NCBI GenBank assembly: GCA_964016885.1
Contig: OZ024742.1
Span: 300,638,001-300,702,000, forward strand
Source: Eledone cirrhosa
Lineage: Eukaryota
Direction: 5' to 3'
DNA: 64,000 nucleotides
The notes below the pieces were generated by a model that worked only from the letters and a program-made list of their open reading frames with translations, made no database searches and was not told the origin of the DNA. The first letter of the stretch is position 1. Every line of letters begins with the position of its first letter. Below, one piece after another: positions 1-12,315 of this stretch. The position numbers and the translations under genes are program-made.

Positions 1-927
<927 letters not shown>

Positions 928-931
928 TATG

Positions 932-974
<43 letters not shown>

Positions 975-1139
975 ATATATATGTATGTATATATGCATGT
1001 ATTGCTGAACTCCACGTGGGGTCAGTAATAGTCACTCCTTGAATTAGCAATTGAACTAAAACCTGTTGATAAAGTGACTTCCTTGTTCAATCATCTTACC
1101 AGAAGCCTAACATTATTTATGTAAGCGGACAGTACTTGA

Positions 1140-1325
1140 AAGGCGGTGGATTGGTAGTATCAGTAGAGGGTCGGACGCCATGCTTTCCAGTTTAGTTATG
1201 TCCCTTTACGATCTGAGTTCAAATCCCGCCGAGGTTAACTTTGCCTTTCATCCTTACGGGGTCGATAAAATAAAGTACCAGTAATGCACTGGGTAATTGC
1301 TGGCCTTGTGCCTAAACTAGAAACA
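1140..1325 (+). mobile_element. tRNA-derived SINE (family A) with 28-bp target-site duplication
   Basis: A/B-box-like TGGATTGGTAG..GAGTTCAAATCCC and a conserved body GCCTTTCATCCTTACGGGGTCGATAAAAT. ATTATTTATGTAAGCGGACAGTACTTGA occurs at 1112-1139 and 1326-1353. Multiple copies in the window. Confidence 0.85.
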
Positions 1326-1593
1326 ATTATTTATGTAAGCGGACAGTACTTGATTTAGGAGTCGCAGAAACCCAAATACTGGATTTACCAACCTTCCACG
1401 GGTCCGGGTCAATTTTCAATCACATATATTTTTATTGTTTGACCCGAATTACTTGGTCGTTTGTTTAACCATCGTCTCAGTGTGTTTGGCTTTTAACGTA
1501 TGTTGTAGCTGTGGTTCATCTGAATCATCGAGCACTTGCCACACATCTCGGAAGTTGTTTTTCGTTAATTCCTAGGGCGAAATACGATTCTCG

Positions 1594-1645
<52 letters not shown>

Positions 1646-1650
1646 ATATA

Positions 1651-1869
<219 letters not shown>

Positions 1870-1889
1870 ATATATATATATATATATAT

Positions 1890-2257
1890 CTAAGGCGGGT
1901 AAAATTCCCGAGATCCATGGACGAGTTCTCTCCAGCGGTCTCTGTCCCTCATTATCGCTGCCATGTCCTGCGTCTCCAACAGACCAGTGTCTGTCCTTAG
2001 GGCATCAACATACGTTAACCTTGGTCTTCCTCTTCTAGTGTGTCCATGTAGGGGGCTTCCAAAGGAGCACTGAGTGCAATGTCAACTCTGGATGTCGGTG
2101 AGCACGTCCAGCTAACATCAGTCTCCTCTGTGTCACTTTTGAGCTGACTTTTGGGATGCTCCCATACAGCTCTGAGCTTTTCATCCTCAGTGTATACTGA
2201 TTAATGTTCAGAGCCATCCTCAGCATTCTCGTGTAGCACCCATCCACCATCTGAGTG

Positions 2258-2258
<1 letters not shown>
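1890..2258 (-). mobile_element. 3' fragment of a non-LTR retrotransposon (RTE-like)
   Basis: [15 protein letters not shown]...RRLMLAG..RHPE..VLLWKP, then frameshifted [13 protein letters not shown]; typical LINE ORF2 C-terminus. Confidence 0.75.
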
Positions 2259-2322
<64 letters not shown>

Positions 2323-2331
2323 ATATATATG

Positions 2332-2367
<36 letters not shown>

Positions 2368-2559
2368 GATAAATGTACCAAAAGTTTACGGTAGTGTCCA
2401 ATCCGTATGAAGAACTCAATGTAATCCGGATATCATGAAAAGATAAGATGCATTCAAAAACTACTTTCGGTGAAAAATAAACGGAAAACAGAGTCAAGAT
2501 AAATTAATAGAATAATGAATAAACAAAGAACCAGTTCCTTATATTTAAAAAATTCATCA

Positions 2560-2688
2560 TTTTACGATCGTTTCTAGGATATATATGTGTTAGAGTTGGT
2601 ATGCATATTCTATAGATCTATGTACAATATTTATACAAACTATCAGAGGGAATATACATACCTACACATATATATGCTGTCTTCAGAA
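2560..2688 (-). ncRNA. Type I hammerhead ribozyme candidate with long stem II
   Basis: Minus strand reads CTGAAGA, stem II ATATATATGTGT/ACACATATATAT, then GAAAC-GATC-GTA with palindromic ACGATCGT. Stem I is weak. Confidence 0.55.
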
Positions 2689-2715
2689 GATATATATACA
2701 TATATATACATATAT

Positions 2716-2755
<40 letters not shown>

Positions 2756-2815
2756 TAAAATGATGAATTTTTTTAATATAAGGAACTGGTTCTTTGTTTA
2801 TTCATTATGTTATTA

Positions 2816-2851
<36 letters not shown>

Positions 2852-2936
2852 ATAATAATAAAATTGAAGACTAAAATCCAGAGAGGGCTCGATAAGGAAA
2901 ATATATATATATCAAATATATAAGAACCGAAGAGCA

Positions 2937-3078
2937 AATATTTATTAAAATAACAGATTAAAGTTTAAGCAAAGAATCGCTGCTTTCACCCTTAACGGGA
3001 TCTTCTGAAACTGTTTCAGAAGATCCCGTTAAGGGTGAAAGCAGCGATTCTTTGCTTAAACTTTAATCTGTTATTTTA

Positions 3079-3087
<9 letters not shown>
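2937..3087. repeat. Perfect palindrome, about 75-bp arms with a single central T (3012), running into (TA)n
   Basis: ...GGGATCTTCTGAAAC T GTTTCAGAAGATCCC... Confidence 0.9.
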
Positions 3088-3128
<41 letters not shown>

Positions 3129-3219
3129 CGAAGGAAATGTGGTAAGGAACCAGGTGGACCATAACGCACCAAAGTACTCAATACTTGAGGTAGTAGAGTG
3201 GGTAATAGGAACCAGTAAG

Positions 3220-3313
3220 ACCCCGACAGCTGAGCTCAAGCCGTTTCGACGGCTAATTCTGGACTAAATGAACATTTATCCTGGTATTTAAATAGCCGAT
3301 CTTCTCAAGGGGT
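3220..3313 (-). ncRNA. Type I hammerhead ribozyme, U3-A8 variant (3' pLTR of left PLE)
   Basis: ACCCC-TTGAGAA-GATCGGCTA...TAGCCGTC-GAA-ACGGCT-TGAGCTC-AGCTGT-C/GGGGT; all three stems pair. Confidence 0.85.
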
Positions 3314-4411
3314 AATTCCATATATGGTCAAAGTGATTGTCAAAAATCAGTAGTAATTCTGTGGTTGCAAATTAGTAGGGGAGATGGTGGCTAAACCTGC
3401 CAGTAGGAGAAAGAGGGGAGGGGGTGGAGTAGACCCAATCAAGCGTTGGTAGTGCCAGCTACAGCTGGGCATGAGGTCAAAGAAGATACAGGGGAGGGGG
3501 AGGGGGAGGAAGTCGGAACGGTAGGTAGAACAATGGGGGGTAGAAATAGGAAAGAAAAAATACTGAGAGTGAAGAAAAGCAAATAAGTGTAAAGAAAAAA
3601 TTAAATTCTACGACCTAGGTGTCAGGCTATTGTAGGCGAGAATAAAATAAAGAAAGAAAGAAAGAAGTAAATAAATAAATAAATAAATAAATAAGGAAAT
3701 AAGTAAAAGAACTAGGTGGGACGAATTAGGCAAGGACCCTTTTAAGAGGTATAAGTACGTAAATGATACGGTGACTGGTCAACAAAAGGGGCCAAAATAC
3801 TAAAGAGACTACCACGAAATAAACAATAAAGGTTTCCATCCCGGGCCAGCAACGACCCAGTGCAGCAAAGTGAACTTGTACGACATAATAATTCTGAGTC
3901 CCGAGAAAAATATATACTAATGCTAACTCTAAAAGATCTAAAACAAGCTACATGAGAGTTCGTACGAAATAAAGGTAGAATACGGAGAAATAAATTCAGA
4001 ATCCACCCCGCCCAGAAGAAAAGCGAAGCAAGAAATACTGAAACGAAAAAAATAAGGCATAAGTGCCACTAAGAAATATAGAGGGCACAGAGAATAGTGG
4101 GAGCGGTCGGAAAAGGGGGGCAAGTATCCGGGGTCTAAGCCAACTGCTATAAAGGGCGGAGTCCGCCAAATCTATCAAAGACTAGGGGAGGGGGGAGTGG
4201 GGGTACTAAGGCTACATGGGGCCAGAGGGCAGCCTCGGGTGGGCGAGAAAAGACGCCGACAAAGGAGAAGAGCTGGGGTAGAAGGACAAAGGAGAGAGGG
4301 GGGAAGGAAATAAAGGAAGCGATAAAAGAATACAAAGAAGATCTTACGTCTTCCTTGGCAAGCAGGGGTTACCCATTGCAAAATCGGCAACTGGGGTGTT
4401 ATAGCCCTAGT

Positions 4412-6565
4412 CTACCCCCCCGGGTCATTATGGGGTTTGAGGGCGAGGTAAGTCCTACGCAATCTATGTTTACATGCAGTAACCAGTTCATCTTTCTTGT
4501 TTAGGAGTTGGTCCGTCGAAAACAGCATTTGTAAAGTTTCCTCCGAGCATAAATTGCACGGACGGCGTCCTCCCGTGTAAGAATTGGCTCTGGACAGTAA
4601 TCTCCAAGTGAGATCATAGGTGATGTTGTTGTCCTTGAGGTCCCATATGTGGCCCGAAAGTGTAGTGGCGTGACGCCGGGCCGGGTTTCGGAAGGTATGT
4701 CTATGTTGGTATAGCCGGGTCTTGAAGTCACATGCGGTAAGTCCTATATAGGCTTTGTTGGAGGTATCCGTCCTCACGTTGCACTGGTAGATCACATTAC
4801 GGTCTCTGCATCTATTGTCGAGTGGGCAAATAGATCTATCCGGGCAGTTACACCTCCTGGTCGGTTCTCCACTGCTATTTAGGTTATTTCTGCCATCGGG
4901 GTTGAGTTTTTTGTTGTTAGAGGAGACGATGTTTTGTGCGAAGTTTGGTGTAGTGCTGTAAGAGAGTTTGATGGTATTTTTGTTAATTATGTTGTGGTAG
5001 CGGTGTTGTAATGGGAAGTGTTTTTCAATGAGCCTAAAGAATAGTTTCCCGATGGGAGTAGTCACCTCTGCGTTGTGGGGAGGATTGAACCATGTTACAT
5101 TGCGTGAGCGGTGGTGTCTCCTGCTGGTTCCGCTAATGGGATCTGGACAGTAGGATATTTCCTCCCGGAAACCACTCCGCTTGAGGGCCTGGTTGTAATA
5201 GGGCGCATGTTCATCGAATATCCGCTCATTAGCTGACAAACGGGATATGCGGAGGGAGATGTTTTTGACCAGGTTGTTTGTGATGTTCCTAGGATGGTTT
5301 GATCGGCGGTGGATGTAGTGCAGATTGTCATTAGGTTTCCTGTATGGGTAGTACAGGTCGTTTTCGAGGTCGAGGGTTACGTCCAGGAAGTTTACTCGGG
5401 TCAGGGACGTTTGTAGGGTTATTTTAAATCCCCAGTCGCGGAAGAATCTGATTAATTGTTTCCGGACCCGATCTGTACTACTGGGGTTGTACCCTTTAAG
5501 GGTAAGGAGCCCATCATCACGGTACAATCCACCACCGAATGCAGGAAACATATCAGTGAGTTTGGCTATTAGGAATAATCCTATAAGATCAGTGACCTCC
5601 GCCGAATCCGTGGCGCCCATGCTGACGTCGAAGGGTGAGTCGGGAGCTCTTTTTATCCATTTAGAGTCGTCAAAGAGTAAGACTGTCTTCCTGGCGTGGA
5701 GGATGATTTTTCTTTCCTGGTCGGTGATGGGCACGAGTGTTTCGGCGAAGTCCAAGGCGGCAGTAAGTAGCGGTAAGGTGATTGAAGCATAGTAGCTCTC
5801 TATGTCGAACTGTATGAATTTAGTTTCTCGTTTATCCTCCATATTGCTGAACCAGGAGATTACTTCCTGGGTGTTGATCCATAGGCTAAGTCGGGTGTGT
5901 TGCTTGACTTTTGGTATCACGCGGTCTAGGATTTTTTTGCTGATTCTCCCTATGTCGGACTTCGTTGGGTTAATAAGCCTGATGGAGGGTTTACGGTCAA
6001 AATCGGATTTATGGTCCTTCAGTGTGAAGTATGGTGTCCGTGGGTCTAGAGGTTCCGTGCGGTCGGCGACCCCGAGGCTGGAGGTGATTTGTTGTCCATC
6101 TCGATTTATGTCCTCGATGCAAGAGTGGTTGGCCTTTTTATAGGTGGAGTTAAGGCTGCTCCTGATCAGTGTGTGGTATCTGTCAGGGTTGACAAAGTAT
6201 AGGTTCCCAGTTTTATCCGAATGCACCATGATGTCATTTGTGTTATCATACTCTGTTAAGTTGCTACGGAGTTTTTGTAGGAATCGGTTGTGTCTGGGTT
6301 TAAATTTAATGTTCTTGACCAGTTGGAAGAGGTCATTCTCGAAGGGTGCGAGCAAGGGGTTCAGGGGCGGAGATTTGTAGGTAATAAATCCGAATCTCTC
6401 CTTGGTGGCGAAGTCTTGGTTGTCGCAATATCTGTCATAGAAAAAAGTTCTCCATCTAAGTCTTTTCGCAAATAGATCAATTTTTTGCGTGAGCATCCGA
6501 AGGTAAAGTTTTTTCGGTGGGATTGGGATGTTCTTGGTAGAGAAGTCAATGTTGTGTTTTCGCAT
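4412..6565 (-). CDS. Penelope-like reverse transcriptase + GIY-YIG endonuclease, intact (717 aa from first ATG)
   Basis: Motifs FSTKNIPIP, SDKTGN, LKDHK, RLINPTKSDIG, FDIESYYASI, GLYRDDG, NFLDVTLDL, YRKPND, WFNPP, Cys linker CNC..CPLDNRC, VIY..YIGLT..FKTR..QH, CNLCSEE, LLNKK. Confidence 0.93.
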   Translation of the reverse strand: MRKHNIDFSTKNIPIPPKKLYLRMLTQKIDLFAKRLRWRTFFYDRYCDNQDFATKERFGFITYKSPPLNPLLAPFENDLFQLVKNIKFKPRHNRFLQKLRSNLTEYDNTNDIMVHSDKTGNLYFVNPDRYHTLIRSSLNSTYKKANHSCIEDINRDGQQITSSLGVADRTEPLDPRTPYFTLKDHKSDFDRKPSIRLINPTKSDIGRISKKILDRVIPKVKQHTRLSLWINTQEVISWFSNMEDKRETKFIQFDIESYYASITLPLLTAALDFAETLVPITDQERKIILHARKTVLLFDDSKWIKRAPDSPFDVSMGATDSAEVTDLIGLFLIAKLTDMFPAFGGGLYRDDGLLTLKGYNPSSTDRVRKQLIRFFRDWGFKITLQTSLTRVNFLDVTLDLENDLYYPYRKPNDNLHYIHRRSNHPRNITNNLVKNISLRISRLSANERIFDEHAPYYNQALKRSGFREEISYCPDPISGTSRRHHRSRNVTWFNPPHNAEVTTPIGKLFFRLIEKHFPLQHRYHNIINKNTIKLSYSTTPNFAQNIVSSNNKKLNPDGRNNLNSSGEPTRRCNCPDRSICPLDNRCRDRNVIYQCNVRTDTSNKAYIGLTACDFKTRLYQHRHTFRNPARRHATTLSGHIWDLKDNNITYDLTWRLLSRANSYTGGRRPCNLCSEETLQMLFSTDQLLNKKDELVTACKHRLRRTYLALKPHNDPGG

Positions 6566-6750
6566 GGTGCGGGTGGAATGAATTGAGCTTAGCGGAAAAG
6601 TCTGGATACGGCGTGGTAGGGTCGGAAAGTGCTCTACTACGGGAGTAGGAGCTAGATAACGAAGGAAATGTGGTAAGGAACCAGGTGGACCATAACGCAC
6701 CAAAGTACTCAATACTTGAGGTAGTAGAGTGGGTAATAGGAACCAGTAAG

Positions 6751-6844
6751 ACCCCGACAGCTGAGCTCAAGCCGTTTCGACGGCTAATTCTGGACTAAAT
6801 GAACATTTATCCTGGTATTTAAATAGCCGATCTTCTCAAGGGGT
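6751..6844 (-). ncRNA. Type I hammerhead ribozyme, U3-A8 variant (5' pLTR of left PLE)
   Basis: Identical to 3220-3313. Confidence 0.85.
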
Positions 6845-7905
6845 AATTCCATATATGGTCAAAGTGATTGTCAAAAATCAGTAGTAATTCTGTGGTTGCA
6901 AATTAGTAGGGGAGATGGTGGCTAAACCTGCCAGTAGGAGAAAGAGGGGAGGGGGTGGAGTAGACCCAATCAAGCGTTGGTAGTGCCAGCTACAGCTGGG
7001 CATGAGGTCAAAGAAGATACAGGGGAGGGGGAGGGGGAGGAAGTCGGAACGGTAGGTAGAACAATGGGGGGTAGAAATAGGAAAGAAAAAATACTGAGAG
7101 TGAAGAAAAGCAAATAAGTGTAAAGAAAAAATTAAATTCTACGACCTAGGTGTCAGGCTATTGTAGGCGAGAATAAAATAAAGAAAGAAAGAAAGAAGTA
7201 AATAAATAAATAAATAAATAAATAAGGAAATAAGTAAAAGAACTAGGTGGGACGAATTAGGCAAGGACCCTTTTAAGAGGTATAAGTACGTAAATGATAC
7301 GGTGACTGGTCAACAAAAGGGGCCAAAATACTAAAGAGACTACCACGAAATAAACAATAAAGGTTTCCATCCCGGGCCAGCAACGACCCAGTGCAGCAAA
7401 GTGAACTTGTACGACATAATAATTCTGAGTCCCGAGAAAAATATATACTAATGCTAACTCTAAAAGATCTAAAACAAGCTACATGAGAGTTCGTACCTAG
7501 TTCTTAGTTCTTTTACTTATTTCCTTATTTATTTATTTATTTATTTATTTACTTCTTTCTTTCTTTCTTTATTTTATTCTCGCCTACAATAGCCTGACAC
7601 CTAGGTCGTAGAATTTAATTTTTTCTTTACACTTATTTGCTTTTCTTCACTCTCAGTATTTTTTCTTTCCTATTTCTACCCCCCATTGTTCTACCTACCG
7701 TTCCGACTTCCTCCCCCTCCCCCTCCCCTGTATCTTCTTTGACCTCATGCCCAGCTGTAGCTGGCACTACCAACGCTTGATTGGGTCTACTCCACCCCCT
7801 CCCCTCTTTCTCCTACTGGCAGGTTTAGCCACCATCTCCCCTACTAATTTGCAACCACAGAATTACTACTGATTTTTGACAATCACTTTGACCATATATG
7901 GAATT

Positions 7906-7999
7906 ACCCTTTGAGAAGATCGGCTATTTAAATACCAGGATAAATGTTCATTTAGTCCAGAATTAGCCGTCGAAACGGCTTGAGCTCAGCTGTCGGGGT
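7906..7999 (+). ncRNA. Type I hammerhead ribozyme, U3-A8 variant (5' pLTR of right PLE)
   Basis: As above, except stem I is ACCCT/GGGGT (C>T leaves a G-U wobble). Predicted cut after 7994. Confidence 0.8.
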
Positions 8000-8185
8000 C
8001 TTACTGGTTCCTATTACCCACTCTACTACCTCAAGTATTGAGTACTTTGGTGCGTTATGGTCCACCTGGTTCCTTACCACATTTCCTTCGTTATCTAGCT
8101 CCTACTCCCGTAGTAGAGCACTTTCCGACCCTACCACGCCGTATCCAGACTTTTCCGCTAAGCTCAATTCATTTCACCCGCACCA

Positions 8186-10339
8186 TGCGAAAACACAACA
8201 TTGACTTCTCTACCAAGAACATCCCAATCCCACCGAAAAAACTTTACCTTCGGATGCTCACGCAAAAAATTGATCTATTTGCGAAAAGACTTAGATGGAG
8301 AACTTTTTTCTATGACAGATATTGCGACAACCAAGACTTCGGCACCAAGGAGAGATTCGGATTTATTACCTACAAATCTCCGCCCCTGAACCCCTTGCTC
8401 GCACCCTTCGAGAATGACCTCTTTAAACTGGTCAAGAACATTAAATTTAAACCCAGACACAACCGATTCCTACAAAAACTCCGTAGCAACTTAACAGAGT
8501 ATGATAACACATATGACATCATGGTGCATTCGGATAAAACTGGGAACCTATACTTTGTCAACCCTGACAGATACCACACACTGATCAGGAGCAGCCTTAA
8601 CTCCACCTATAAAAAGGCCAACCACTCTTGCATCGAGGACATAAATCGAGATGGACAACAAATCACCTCCAGCCTCGGGGTCGCCGACCGCACGGAACCT
8701 CTAGACCCACGGACACCATACTTCACACTGAAGGACCATAAATCCGATTTTGACCGTAAACCCTCCATCAGGCTTATTAACCCAACGAAGTCCGACATAG
8801 GGAGAATCAGCAAATAAATCCTAGACCGCGTGATACCAAAAGTCAAGCAACACACCCGACTTAGCCTATGGATCAACACCCAGGAAGTAATCTCCTGGTT
8901 CAGCAATATGGAGGATAAACGAGAAACTAAATTCATACAGTTCGACATAGAGAGCTACTATGCTTCAATCACCTTACCGCTACTTACTGCCGCCTTGGAC
9001 TTCGCCGAAACACTCGTGCCCATCACCGACCAGGAAAGAAAAATCATCCTCCACGCCAGGAAGACAGTCTTACTCTTTGACGACTCTAAATGGATAAAAA
9101 GAGCTCCCGACTCACCCTTCGACGTCAGCATGGGCGCCACGGATTCGGCGGAGGTCACTGATCTTATAGGATTATTCCTAATAGCCAAACTCACTGATAT
9201 GTTTCCTGCATTCGGTGGTGGATTGTACCGTGATGATGGGCTCCTTACCCTTAAAGGGTACAACCCCAGTAGTACAGATCGGGTCCGGAAACAATTAATC
9301 AGAATTCTTCCGCGACTGGGGATTTAAAATAACCCTACAAACGTCCCTGACCCGAGTAAACTTCCTGGACGTAACCCTCGACCTCGAAAACGACCTGTAC
9401 TACCCATACAGGAAACCTAATGACAATCTGCACTACATCCACCGCCGATCAAACCATCCTAGGAACATCACAAACAACCTGGTCAAAAACATCTCCCTCC
9501 GCATATCCCGTTTGTCAGCTAATGAGCGGATATTCGATGAACATGCGCCCTATTACAACCAGGCCCTCAAGCGGAGTGGTTTCCGGGAGGAAATATCCTA
9601 CTGTCCAGATCCCATTAGCGGAACCAGCAGGAGACACCGCCGCTCACGCAATGTAACATGGTTCAATCCTCCCCACAACGCAGAGGTGACTACTCCCATC
9701 GGGAAACTATTCTTTAGGCTCATTGAAAAACACTTCCCATTACAACACCGCTACCACAACATAATTAACAAAAATACCATCAAACTCTCTTACAGCACTA
9801 CACCAAACTTCGCACAAAACATCGTCTCCTCTAACAACAAAAAACTCAACCCCGATGGCAGAAATAACCTAAATAGCAGTGGAGAACCGACCAGGAGGTG
9901 TAACTGCCCGGATAGATCTATTTGCCCACTCGACAATAGATGCAGAGACCGTAATGTGATCTACCAGTGCAACGTGAGGACGGATACCTCCAACAAAGCC
10001 TATATAGGACTTACCGCATGTGACTTCAAGACCCGGCTATACCAACATAGACATACCTTCCGAAACCCGGCCCGGCGTCACGCCACTACACTTTCGGGCC
10101 ACATATGGGACCTCAAGGACAACAACATCACCTATGATCTCACTTGGAGATTACTGTCCAGAGCCAATTCTTACACGGGAGGACGCCGTCCGTGCAATTT
10201 ATGCTCGGAGGAAACTTTACAAATGCTGTTTTCGACGGACCAACTCCTAAACAAGAAAGATGAACTGGTTACTGCATGTAAACATAGATTGCGTAGGACT
10301 TACCTCGCCCTCAAACCCCATAATGACCCGGGGGGGTAG
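8186..10339 (+). pseudogene. Disrupted PLE RT/GIY-YIG ORF
   Basis: Same protein as 4412-6565, but AAA>TAA at 8815-8817 and a +1 A near 9303 split it into three ORFs. Confidence 0.9.
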
Positions 10340-11056
10340 ACTAGGGCTATAACACCCCAGTTGCCGATTTTGCAATGGGTAACCCCTGCTTGCCAAGGAA
10401 GACGTAAGATCTTCTTTGTATTCTTTTATCGCTTCCTTTATTTCCTTCCCCCCTCTCTCCTTTGTCCTTCTACCCCAGCTCTTCTCCTTTGTCGGCGTCT
10501 TTTCTCGCCCACCCGAGGCTGCCCTCTGGCCCCATGTAGCCTTAGTACCCCCACTCCCCCCTCCCCTAGTCTTTGATAGATTTGGCGGACTCCGCCCTTT
10601 ATAGCAGTTGGCTTAGACCCCGGATACTTGCCCCCCTTTTCCGACCGCTCCCACTATTCTCTGTGCCCTCTATATTTCTTAGTGGCACTTATGCCTTATT
10701 TTTTTCGTTTCAGTATTTCTTGCTTCGCTTTTCTTCTGGGCGGGGTGGATTCTGAATTTATTTCTCCGTATTCTACCTTTATTTCGTACGAACTCTCATG
10801 TAGCTTGTTTTAGATCTTTTAGAGTTAGCATTAGTATATATTTTTCTCGGGACTCAGAATTATTATGTCGTACAAGTTCACTTTGCTGCACTGGGTCGTT
10901 GCTGGCCCGGGATGGAAACCTTTATTGTTTATTTCGTGGTAGTCTCTTTAGTATTTTGGCCCCTTTTGTTGACCAGTCACCGTATCATTTACGTACTTAT
11001 ACCTCTTAAAAGGGTCCTTGCCTAATTCGTCCCACCTAGTTCTTTTACTTATTTCC

Positions 11057-11091
<35 letters not shown>

Positions 11092-11445
11092 CTTCTTTCT
11101 TTCTTTCTTTATTTTATTCTCGCCTACAATAGCCTGACACCTAGGTCGTAGAATTTAATTTTTTCTTTACACTTATTTGCTTTTCTTCACTCTCAGTATT
11201 TTTTCTTTCCTATTTCTACCCCCCATTGTTCTACCTACCGTTCCGACTTCCTCCCCCTCCCCCTCCCCTGTATCTTCTTTGACCTCATGCCCAGCTGTAG
11301 CTGGCACTACCAACGCTTGATTGGGTCTACTCCACCCCCTCCCCTCTTTCTCCTACTGGCAGGTTTAGCCACCATCTCCCCTACTAATTTGCAACCACAG
11401 AATTACTACTGATTTTTGACAATCACTTTGACCATATATGGAATT

Positions 11446-11539
11446 ACCCCTTGAGAAGATCGGCTATTTAAATACCAGGATAAATGTTCATTTAGTCCAG
11501 AATTAGCCGTCGAAACGGCTTGAGCTCAGCTGTCGGGGT
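11446..11539 (+). ncRNA. Type I hammerhead ribozyme, U3-A8 variant (3' pLTR of right PLE)
   Basis: ACCCC TTGAGAA ... GAAACGGCT TGAGCTC AGCTGTC/GGGGT; predicted cut after 11534. Confidence 0.85.
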
Positions 11540-11549
11540 CTTACTGGTT

Positions 11550-11594
<45 letters not shown>

Positions 11595-11651
11595 AGATTT
11601 GAATGGATACAGTTTAATATTACTGAGGACCTATTTAGGTCCTCAGTAATA

Positions 11652-11768
11652 TTATTCTGATGAAATGACAGTAAATAATAACATTGAAATATTGAATGTC
11701 TGCATAACTAAAAGTTTGTAGATAGCTGTTTTAGGTTATGTAACTGTTATAGAAACACGTGTCAATAA
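11652..11768 (+). ncRNA. Type I hammerhead ribozyme with extended stem II, in a solo pLTR-like insert (11591-11917)
   Basis: TTATT-CTGATGA-A-ATGACAGT...ACTGTTAT-A-GAAAC-ACGT-GTC/AATAA; palindromic ACACGTGT. Confidence 0.75.
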
Positions 11769-11915
11769 ATTCCTTTCAACTAAACTGTATCCATTCAAAT
11801 CTTTCTATTTTTCTCCGGATTACTTTTGGAACTACAACTGGAACCGTCGAGCAAACTCTACGTGAGCTGATAATCTACTGTGTGTAATATTTATATTACA
11901 ACACAACGGAAAATA

Positions 11916-11994
<79 letters not shown>

Positions 11995-11995
11995 C

Positions 11996-12030
<35 letters not shown>

Positions 12031-12237
12031 CATACATATATATATATATATATATTGCACCAAACATCACGGGCGCTCTATCTCAAAATTATTTTTGAAA
12101 AGCATTAGAAATGCGCAACCGGTAAAAACTTAAAACTAAAACTGAATACTAACCAATACTTATTACTAATTTTTACTTATTCCTAATTAAACTATTTTTC
12201 ACTTGGAACAATTTGTCAGCATTTACTTTTCCTTTTA

Positions 12238-12312
<75 letters not shown>

Positions 12313-12315
<3 letters not shown>

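Larger units (their letters stand above)
3127..7496 (-). mobile_element. Full-length Penelope-like element (Naiad-like) with 839-bp direct terminal repeats (pLTRs)
   Basis: 3127-3965 equals 6658-7496 (offset 3531). Encloses the RT + GIY-YIG ORF. Its 3' end abuts (TA)n. Confidence 0.95.
7497..11554 (+). mobile_element. Second Penelope-like element, inverted relative to the first, with about 510-bp pLTRs
   Basis: Near-identical reverse complement of the left copy. About 7505-8014 repeats at about 11037-11554. Ends in (TA)n. Confidence 0.95.

Noticed and set aside
3017-3050. Hammerhead-like CAGAAGA..GAAA within the palindrome arm
   Set aside because: U4 is replaced and there is no convincing stem I or III.
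5487-6475. Antisense ORFs over the PLE (also over the LINE at 33978-37196)
   Set aside because: Shadow frames of RT genes with no recognisable motifs.
4412-6712. 766-aa start of the PLE ORF and selenoprotein recoding
   Set aside because: The track start at 6712 is a non-ATG codon within the pLTR; the first ATG is at 6565. There is no in-frame UGA.
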